Below are positions 39,420-47,600 of a DNA stretch of 64,000 nt, piece by piece. The position numbers and the translations under genes were made by a program. Source of the stretch: Dehalococcoidia bacterium (lineage in GTDB: Bacteria > Chloroflexota > Dehalococcoidia > Lucifugimonadales > VXLM01); assembly GCA_009841605.1 (NCBI GenBank), contig VXLM01000139.1, positions 4,257-68,256 on the forward strand. The letters run 5' to 3'. Every line of letters begins with the position of its first letter. Positions within the stretch are counted from its first letter, which is position 1. Under the pieces are notes generated by a model. The model searched no databases and had not been told where the DNA came from. It saw only the letters and a program-made list of their open reading frames with translations.

Positions 39420-39448
39420 TAGCTAATCTGATCCCAAAGGAGCGGGCA

Positions 39449-39682
39449 ATGGTAACGGTGAACGTCCACGAAGCGAAGACCCACCTGTCACGTCTGCTGG
39501 CGCAGGTCGAGGCGGGAGAGGAGGTCATCATCGCCCGAAACGGCAAGCCCGTCGCCCAGCTCGTGCGCTGCAAAAAGCGCGGCAAGCGGCAATTCGGCTC
39601 GATGAAGGGCCTGATAAGCATCGACGACCGCTTTTTTGAGCCGCTGTCGGAAGAAGAGTTGGCCGCCTGGGAGGGCGGCTGA
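39449..39682 (+). CDS. type II antitoxin, Phd/YefM family
   Basis: 77 aa. VNVHEAKTHLSRLLAQVEAGEEVIIARNGKPVAQLV is the classical Phd/YefM N-terminal fold pattern. Sits 3 nt upstream of a PIN gene. Confidence 0.85.
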   Translation: MVTVNVHEAKTHLSRLLAQVEAGEEVIIARNGKPVAQLVRCKKRGKRQFGSMKGLISIDDRFFEPLSEEELAAWEGG

Positions 39683-39685
39683 TCG

Positions 39686-40072
39686 TTGCGGCTGCTACTA
39701 GACACCCACGCATTCATTTGGTGGTTTGCCGGAAGCGAGCAGTTGCCCCAATCCGCCCGGCGGTTGATAGAAGCTGACGACAACGACGTGCTGATAAGCG
39801 CGGCGTCGGCATGGGAGATCGCAACCAAGCACCGAAAGGGCAAACTCCCGGAAGCGGATCCCCTGGTCCGCGACATGACCGGCGCCATAGCCGACCAGGA
39901 CTTCGAGGAGTTGTCCGTCACCGTGGACGACGCCGCGCGCGCCGGAGCGCTTCCCGGACCTCTCCGCGATCCCTTCGACCGAATGCTCATAGCGCAGGCG
40001 CTGTCGCGCAACCTCGTTCTCATTTCGAACGAGTCCCTCTTCGACCGCTACGACGTCCGTCGCTTGTGGTGA
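39686..40072 (+). CDS. vapC: type II toxin, PIN-domain ribonuclease VapC
   Basis: 128 aa with a TTG start. LLLDTHAFIWW, SAASAWEIA and RDPFDRMLIAQA supply the acidic PIN residues. Confidence 0.85.
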   Translation: MRLLLDTHAFIWWFAGSEQLPQSARRLIEADDNDVLISAASAWEIATKHRKGKLPEADPLVRDMTGAIADQDFEELSVTVDDAARAGALPGPLRDPFDRMLIAQALSRNLVLISNESLFDRYDVRRLW

Positions 40073-40080
40073 CACGCGGT

Positions 40081-40191
40081 CACCCTCACCCCTCCGGCAA
40101 GTAGGGGCGATTCGCGAATCGCCCCTTATCCCCTCTCCCGTCGTGGGAGAGGGCTAGAGCCTGCCCCGTACTTGATACGGGGGTGAGGGTG
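40081..40191 (+). repeat. composite: family G 24-nt perfect palindrome, plus family A hairpin interrupted by a family I hairpin, bounded by CACCCTCACCCC / GGGGTGAGGGTG
   Basis: AGGGGCGATTCGCGAATCGCCCCT at 40103-40126. The A hairpin starts at 40126 and its tail is split by CCCCGTA-cttga-TACGGGG (40164-40182). The outer 12-nt inverted arms are at 40081-40092 and 40180-40191. Confidence 0.85.
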
Positions 40192-40210
40192 TAAGGAACC
40201 TACCTATCAC

Positions 40211-43200
40211 CTACCCCAACTCCCCGATGCGGAGGATACGCGCGAGCGAGAGCCGCCGGATGAGCATGATCAGGGCCAGCGTGATGACGGCGAAGATCAC
40301 GAGCATCACCGCGTAGGTGATGGCCAGCGCGCCCCAGTCTATGACCATCACGAACGGCGGAACGACCTTACCCCCAAAGTCGTCGTGGCCGAGGAACGGC
40401 ATGATCGTCGCGCCGAGCCTGCTCCCCATCCACGTGCCGAGGGCGAGTCCCACGGCTATGATCACCGTCTGTTCCAGCCACATCAGCATCATAAGCTGAC
40501 GCCCGGACAGCCCGGTCGTGCGCATGATGGCGAACTGCACCTGTCTGCTGCGGAACGACGAGTAGGCGTGTACGAGGAAGCCGAGGCAGCTCAGCAGCAG
40601 CACGGCGGAGAAGGCGATGAAGAGCAGCGCCCTCCAGCCCGCCTCCACGAGAGGATCGACGCTGGCGTCCTTCGCCCGGAACCGCTCTTCCCGGTCGAGC
40701 ACGGTGACCGAGCCGAATCCCTCGAGGGAACCGACGGTCTCCAACAGGCTCTCTCTCGGAGCGCCCGTGGTCGACGAAGCGATCCACAGGTCCTCCGGCA
40801 GGAAGGGCTGGTCGGCGACCCCGCTCGTAGCGAACGCGTTGAGGGCCGAGATGTCGGCGATCAAATAGGGTTTCAGATCGCTCGAAATGGTGGGGAACAG
40901 CTCCACCGACCCGACGATGGATATCGGAATCCGGGCGCGGTCGACCGATACCTCGAACTCGTCTCCGACACGGTGGTTCTCCCTGTTCAGGAACGCCTCG
41001 CTGGCCAGCACCTTGATCGGTGGCGGATCATCGCCGGCGAAGATGCCCCGAGGCGTCAGTGGCTCGCCCTTCGCCCACGTGAACACCGCCGCGCCGGGCA
41101 CGTTCTCGAAGACTTCCGAGGACGACTTTAGCTCGTCGCTGATGGAGTTTTCCGTGGTCTTGAGGAGCGACCAGTTGTCGATGGAATCGAACCCGTCGAG
41201 CAGCACCTGCAGTCCGTCGCTCATGGTCACGTGAACGTCGTCGAACAGCACCGTCCCGGGCTTGAGCGATACGCTGAGATTGGACTGCTCGACGTAGACC
41301 GCGCTCAGCTTGATCGGTCCGTTGGCAAGAAAGTCCTCTCGACCCTGCTCCGCCAGCGGTACATCGAGGCTGGTCCAGTCGCTCGAACTCACGAATCCCA
41401 GCTTGTAGGCCGCCTGCTGGTCGATTGCGTTCGTAAGGCGGGCTACTACCTGAAGCGTGGGCTGAATCCTGTCCGACTTGATTCTCGCGCCGATGGACAC
41501 GGCGTCGGGCGGCAACTCGATCCCGCCGCCCTTATAGACGGATTCGTCCGGGCGTATCCGTGCCAGCAACTCCTCGATCGGCTCGTCGGTGAAGTCGTCG
41601 CGGAACCACGCCACGTTATCGAAGTTGGAGCTGTTCAGACCGATCAGCTCGAACGAGCCGCCCTGCTGTCGTGTCAGGTCGCGCCCTGCCCGCTTGAGAA
41701 CCGCGCTGGCAGTATCCACGCCGGGTATGCGCTCATAGGCGATCTCTTCGGCGAACCGATTGCCTGTCATAAGCGCCTCATCGTCGGACGTTGACGTTCG
41801 GTTGACGCCGACGATCCGCACGTCGCTGCCGGAGACGTGAAGGATGCGCTCCTCGAAGCTGCGCTGGAGGGTCGTGCCGAAGCTCGACGCGAAGATGCCC
41901 AGCCCTGCCGTGAGGATCAGCAGGAGCGAGAGTCGGGAGTAGTGCGTCGGCTGGCGGGACATCTGCCACACGGTCATGGCGGCCGCCACCGGCAACACCT
42001 TGGCGAAGAGCTTGCTGATGAGGTTCATCGCCAACGGGAAGAGCCTGAGCAGCACCATCGCCGATGCCACGAGCACCAGTCCCGGCACTGCCAGCAGAAG
42101 CTCATCGGCCACCGCCGCCCCGAACACGTCGCGGGCCACCACCGATCCCTGCTCCGTGAGCTGGCGGAAGAGGAAGATCGCGATCAGAAGCAGCAGAACG
42201 TCAAGATAGTACCGCTGGAAGACGGGCAGTGCGTTTGGTCGGGACGACTGTTGCCGTTGCTGGGTGATTCCGAAGCGAGAAGCCTGAATCGCGGGAATCA
42301 GGAGCGCCACGAATCCCAGCACGCCGCCGAGTACACTCAGTGCATAGGCGGATGGCGATATCTCGACCGACAGCAGCCCACCGCCCGTCAGTCCGAAGAA
42401 AGCGGGCGTCAGGCCCAGCAGGCTGATGGTGAACGCCGCGATGATGGGCGCGACGATTGCCGCGAGGACGGCTATGGTCGCTCCTTCCAGGATGAACACC
42501 ATGAGTATCTGCGACGTGTCGGAGCCCCGGCTGCGGAACTGCGCCACCTCCGACCGCTGGTTCTCCACCAGCAACGACGACATGGTCGCCACGTAGTACA
42601 GGATCACGAAGGCGATGAGTATGAGCACGATGAACATGGGCAGCCTGCTGAAGAACAACCGCTGGTCGTACTCGATAAGGGCGTCGTCGAGGCCCGTCGT
42701 CTGGGACACCGTCTGCAGGGAGGCCACGGAGCGGCTGGCCATCACCTGGATGTTGGCGACGGTCAATTGCGCGTTATCGGCGTTTATCAGGCTCGGATCG
42801 GTCTTGAGATACCAGTAGTAGCCCGCGGACATGCTCCCTATGGACGGGCCGAGAGCCTCCAGGAACGCCTGCCGCGAGATGAAGAACGGCATCAGGCGAA
42901 GGTCGGTCGTCATCGTCTGGGTCTGGAGGGATTTCTCCGTGAAGTGAACCAGCTCGGCGTCATTGGTGTCTTCCCAGTCGAATGCGCCGGAGATCGTCAC
43001 GTACACGTGTGGGATGTCCGAGGAGATGGTCGGCACCGCGGCGAACCGGTCTCCCACCTGGGCCCCAAGCTCCTGCATCGCCTCGAGAGGAACAAGCGCC
43101 TCCAACTCCAGCGGCTGACCGCGCCCGACTGCCGTGCCGACGCTGGGCTGAGCGCCTTCAATCAGGGGTATGCGCTCTTCAAGGTCGTCGATGTATGCGA

Positions 43201-43630
43201 AGAACGTGCGGTCATCGCCGTCTGAGGCGGACTCCTCGCTTCCGGGGCTGCCAAGGTAGAAGGTGGGAGTGCGTGCGGCGTGGACGGAGTCCCGCAGCAT
43301 CCACGAGACGTGCCGGTTCACGAGCGGCACGATGACATTACTGACCTTGCCGTACTCCTCGTTATTGGTCGGGCCCCTGCTGGCGCGGACGGTGATGTTG
43401 AGCTGTTCCTGCGTGCGCCTTTCGAGAGAGTTCTTGAGGGCCAGCTCGCGGAGAGCCTCGAAGTAGATAACCGTGCCAGAAAGGATGGCCGACGCCAGCA
43501 CCACGCCGATCACGACGTACGAGAGCAGCCGCCAATGAGCAAGCGCGCGCTTGGCGACAAGCTGCCACGTCGCGATTATCCCGTAGGCGATCGCGTTCAG
43601 CCGCTCGTTTATGGTCTTCTTGTTCGTCAT
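40211..43630 (-). CDS. giant double-FtsX-domain membrane protein (YbbP/MacB-type permease architecture)
   Basis: 1139 aa. TM1 at about residues 35-57, ECD1 about 58-330, FtsX module about 331-450, central TM bundle, ECD2 about 590-998, second FtsX module about 999-1125. Confidence 0.8.
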   Translation of the reverse strand: MTNKKTINERLNAIAYGIIATWQLVAKRALAHWRLLSYVVIGVVLASAILSGTVIYFEALRELALKNSLERRTQEQLNITVRASRGPTNNEEYGKVSNVIVPLVNRHVSWMLRDSVHAARTPTFYLGSPGSEESASDGDDRTFFAYIDDLEERIPLIEGAQPSVGTAVGRGQPLELEALVPLEAMQELGAQVGDRFAAVPTISSDIPHVYVTISGAFDWEDTNDAELVHFTEKSLQTQTMTTDLRLMPFFISRQAFLEALGPSIGSMSAGYYWYLKTDPSLINADNAQLTVANIQVMASRSVASLQTVSQTTGLDDALIEYDQRLFFSRLPMFIVLILIAFVILYYVATMSSLLVENQRSEVAQFRSRGSDTSQILMVFILEGATIAVLAAIVAPIIAAFTISLLGLTPAFFGLTGGGLLSVEISPSAYALSVLGGVLGFVALLIPAIQASRFGITQQRQQSSRPNALPVFQRYYLDVLLLLIAIFLFRQLTEQGSVVARDVFGAAVADELLLAVPGLVLVASAMVLLRLFPLAMNLISKLFAKVLPVAAAMTVWQMSRQPTHYSRLSLLLILTAGLGIFASSFGTTLQRSFEERILHVSGSDVRIVGVNRTSTSDDEALMTGNRFAEEIAYERIPGVDTASAVLKRAGRDLTRQQGGSFELIGLNSSNFDNVAWFRDDFTDEPIEELLARIRPDESVYKGGGIELPPDAVSIGARIKSDRIQPTLQVVARLTNAIDQQAAYKLGFVSSSDWTSLDVPLAEQGREDFLANGPIKLSAVYVEQSNLSVSLKPGTVLFDDVHVTMSDGLQVLLDGFDSIDNWSLLKTTENSISDELKSSSEVFENVPGAAVFTWAKGEPLTPRGIFAGDDPPPIKVLASEAFLNRENHRVGDEFEVSVDRARIPISIVGSVELFPTISSDLKPYLIADISALNAFATSGVADQPFLPEDLWIASSTTGAPRESLLETVGSLEGFGSVTVLDREERFRAKDASVDPLVEAGWRALLFIAFSAVLLLSCLGFLVHAYSSFRSRQVQFAIMRTTGLSGRQLMMLMWLEQTVIIAVGLALGTWMGSRLGATIMPFLGHDDFGGKVVPPFVMVIDWGALAITYAVMLVIFAVITLALIMLIRRLSLARILRIGELG

Positions 43631-43655
43631 CGGTTGATCGGATTATAGCAATTCA

Positions 43656-44645
43656 CTATTTTGATTCCGGCAGTCGGATGGCGTACAGGGATCCGTCCGT
43701 CGACCCCACGTACACGACTCCGTCGGCCACCGTGGGTGACGAAGAAACGGGGCCCTCCGTCGCGTATTGCCAGAGCAGTTCCCCCGTCTCTGCGGATGCC
43801 GCGTAGAGATTGTGGTCGAACGATCCGAAGTACACCACGCCCTCGGCTATGGCCGGAGACGACTCGACCCGGCCGCCGGTAGGGAGTCGCCATCGAAGCG
43901 ACCCAACTTCCGCGTCCAACGCATAGAGATGACCGTCCCTCGATCCCACGTACACGACTCCTTCCGCTACCGCCGGTGATGAGACCACCCAGTCATTGGT
44001 GCGATATCGCCATCTCTCCACGCCGGTGTTTGCGTCAACGGCGTAAACATGACCGTCCCAAGAGCCGAAGTACACGTACCCGTTCCCGACAGCGGGTGAG
44101 GAAAACACAACGTTGTCCGCCTTCGCGCGCCACATGATGGTCCCCGTCCCGGCGTCCAGTGCGTACAGGTGCCCATCATTCGATCCGACGTACACCACGC
44201 CGTCGACAACGCGAGGTGATGACATAATCCAGTCTTCCGTGCCCGAGCGCCAGACGATTTCGCCCGTCGCGGCCTCCAGCGCGTAGACGTGATGATCGGT
44301 GGAGCCGACGTACACTATCCCATTGACGACCGCCGGGGACGAAAATACGCCCTCCCCAAGCCGGCTGCGCCAGACCACTTCGCCCGACGATGCGGCAAGT
44401 GCATACACATACCCGTTCCACGAGCCGACGTACACAACTCCCTCGGTCACACGCGGCGATGAATAGACCTTGTCGCCTGAGTCGAACGACCAGCGCTGCT
44501 CTCCGAGCTCGGCGTCCAGCGCCAGCAGACTGCCGTCCTCCGAGCCGACGAATACCACCCCATCAGCTACGGTAGGGCTGGACGATACGGCGTCTCCGGT
44601 CTTGTGCCGCCGGATGAGATGTGCTTCTTTCAACGTCTGTTGCAT
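43656..44645 (-). CDS. eight-bladed PQQ-like beta-propeller repeat protein without signal peptide
   Basis: 329 aa made of 8 units of about 40 aa, SSP.V.DGVVYVGS.DG.LYALDA.TGE..W. Starts 5 nt after the upstream FtsX gene stop. N-terminus MQQTLKEAHLIRRHKTGD is not hydrophobic. Confidence 0.85.
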   Translation of the reverse strand: MQQTLKEAHLIRRHKTGDAVSSSPTVADGVVFVGSEDGSLLALDAELGEQRWSFDSGDKVYSSPRVTEGVVYVGSWNGYVYALAASSGEVVWRSRLGEGVFSSPAVVNGIVYVGSTDHHVYALEAATGEIVWRSGTEDWIMSSPRVVDGVVYVGSNDGHLYALDAGTGTIMWRAKADNVVFSSPAVGNGYVYFGSWDGHVYAVDANTGVERWRYRTNDWVVSSPAVAEGVVYVGSRDGHLYALDAEVGSLRWRLPTGGRVESSPAIAEGVVYFGSFDHNLYAASAETGELLWQYATEGPVSSSPTVADGVVYVGSTDGSLYAIRLPESK

Positions 44646-44650
44646 ACGAA

Positions 44651-47600
44651 CTACTCGCCGAAACGTGATATTGCCCGCAGGTCAAGCTGGCCCACTCCCC
44701 TGTTGAGCAGAACGAGTGCGGCGACGAACAGGAGACCCAGCGCGACGTAGGTGGTCCCCATGATGAGCCAGTCGGTCGAAAGGATGAAGGGCGGCGTGAC
44801 CGGAAGTCCGGTCTCGGTAATCGCTAATGGCGAGACCGTGAGACGGCTCATCTGGAATCCGGCCCAAGTACCGAGACCGAGACCGATCGCGGCCACCGCC
44901 AGATGCTCGAAGCCCAGGAGCCTGAGCAGTTGGCCTCTGGTGAGACCCAGGGTCCGCAACGAACCGATCTCGACTGCGCTCTTCTTGGCGAAGAGCAGGA
45001 GATACGTGACATACCCGACAGCGGCGGCAAAGACCGCTATTGCCGGAGAGAGTATCGTCATCGGCTGCCAACCTGCCGCGACGAAGGGATTGATCTGCAG
45101 ACTTTCGAGACGGCCCTGCCCGTCGCGGACGGACCCACCCTGCGGGCCGAGTATCTCAACCACGGCCTCCCCGACTCGCTCGTGCGAGCCCGGCTTGAGA
45201 TCGTAGTACAGGTCCAGTGCTCGTATTCGATGGTGATTGAGAAGCACGTTGGCGCGGTCCAGCAGGCTGTTCAAATCGGTCAGAATCAGCCCGCCCTGGC
45301 TCGGATCGTGTGTCGGGAAGAAGTCGACCACTTCCACCACCCTCATGCGGAGCCAGCGCAGGCCCACCAAGGCGATGAAGGTGCTCCCCTCCTGCCGGTC
45401 GGGACGAACGAGAGACGAGTCTATCACCACGGGCAGAGGACCCGGAACGGATGTCGGGTAGAAACCTCGCAGCCCCTGCGTGGTCTGCCCGCTGAAAGTG
45501 TAGGCTATTGCCTTCGAGCCGTTTCGCACCTCGTTCGCGGAGAACTCGACCACCTCTGTAGATGCCGCCGACGTCAGGATCGCCTCCCACTTGAGATCGG
45601 CTCCCTCGAAGTCGTCGAGCACCAGCTCTTCGTTCTCAAAGCCCACCGTGGCGATGATGTCGTCGATGTAGAGCGTGCCCGGCGTCACGGGGGAGGCATC
45701 AAGACCTGCGTTAGGATCGCCCCCCGGCTCGAACATGTGGATCGAGACAAGCGAGAACGGAGGTTTGACGTGGTCGGGAATATTGCCGATCACGAACTGC
45801 CAGTCTTCCGTGCGAAGCGTGTTGAAGATGACGGTCTGTAGCTCACCCCGCTCGTTTTCGATTTGCGCGTACAGGTCGAGTCCTGGAATGAACGGATCGG
45901 GCTTTACCCACAGGCCGATGCCGTTCGTGTCGTCGGGCAGAGGTATCCTTCCCGTCGGCGCATTGGGATTGAGCCGGTCCATCAGTTGTGGCAGCGTGCT
46001 GTCCGAAAAGTCGTCGCGATACCACGCGACATCGGCGAAGCCCGACGTGTCCACGGCGAGTACCTCCGCGGTGGAACCGCCGGCCGTACCGCGCTCTCGG
46101 AGCCCTCGTACCACGTTCTCGACATCCTCAAGCTCCTGGGACTTGCGATGAACTTCCTGCACGCCTCCTTGGGCGAGCAGAGAGGCGGTGACCCGCAGAT
46201 CGGCCCCTTCCTCGAAGAGGACGCGCTCGATCTGGCTGCGTTCCAGCGTGCCGCCGACCGTTGTCGCCAGGATGCCGAGACCGGTCGCGAGGACGAGCAG
46301 CAGGATGAGCCACGTGTATTGGAGCGGGTTGCGCGACATGTGGAGCAGACCGATCTCCAGCCACACCGGCGTCACGCGGCTGAGACCGGTGAATAAGACG
46401 AACAGCAGCTGCGCCGGTACCACGGCAATGAGCCCCCATGTCGGGACGGTCAGCAGATCGCCGGACACCGGAGGCCGCAGGACGACGAATCCAGCGACGA
46501 GCAGCGCCTGTACGACGAGCCCGGCGTATCTGCGCTTTCGGTCGTGCCAGTAGCGTTTCGTCGCCCAGAAGGCGATGAGGACCGCCAACGCCAACGCTCC
46601 CGGCAGCAGCCAGTCAAGCGTCTCATTCCCACGTTCGCGCCAGTAGACCCCAACGACGGATGCGACGACCGACGCCGCCACCAGCAGGTCCACGATGCGG
46701 CTCGACTCGCCGCTGATGTACCGGACGATCATCGGGAAGAACCGCATGAACACCAGCGTCACGACGATCAGGAAGAGAACGGGCGCGACGAGGAGCACCT
46801 CGTTGACCTCGGTCTCCTCGAAGTAGCCGCTGTAAACGAACTGTCCGCGCTTCTGGAGCTCCCAGTAGATCAGGCCCCCGAAGACGAGGATGCCGATGTC
46901 TAGATTGAATCTCTGGAGGAAGGGGAGTCCAAGCGGACGTGATGTCTGAAGCCGGCGTAGGAGCACGCCTCCCTGCGCGCTGAGCACGTTGGGCACAACG
47001 AAAATCGCAAGGCAGAGCAAGCCGACCCCCAGTGAGATGATGAAGGGAGTGGCGGCTAGGCGTATCGGCATGAGATTGCCCTGGTTCATCTCCTCGAAGA
47101 AGGGCAGCACTCCCGAAACGGCGACCATTCCGTAGGCCAGGAACGGGGTCACGATCACGGCTGTCGCGACCATCACGAGACCTTCGGTCATGTATATCCG
47201 GGTCAGCTGCGAGAGAGTCGCCCCGAGGGTCTTGAGGAGCGACGCGTCGCCTTCCCTGCTCTGCGTCAGGTACGAAACGAGAATGCCGAGGAAGAACAGC
47301 ACGGTCAGCAAAATCACCGTGAGCAACAGCAGCATCGGTATCTTGGCGTAGAAGTTGCGTAGCTGTCCCGACTCCGTCAGGTTCTCCACGAACTCCGTGG
47401 TAGCGTCGGCGTCGGGAAGCTCGGAGGTAATGGCGTCGGAGAAGGCGCTGAATCGCTCCCTGGCCTCTGCCGCCGACCACTCTTTGAGTCGCTCCGGGTC
47501 GATCTTGACCACCCATTGAGGGCTTACCACTGCGCCGGGGTAGGTCTCCGAGAGAAGCTGCGCCATAACCTCCGGCGCGACGATGATCGGAATGTTTGAG

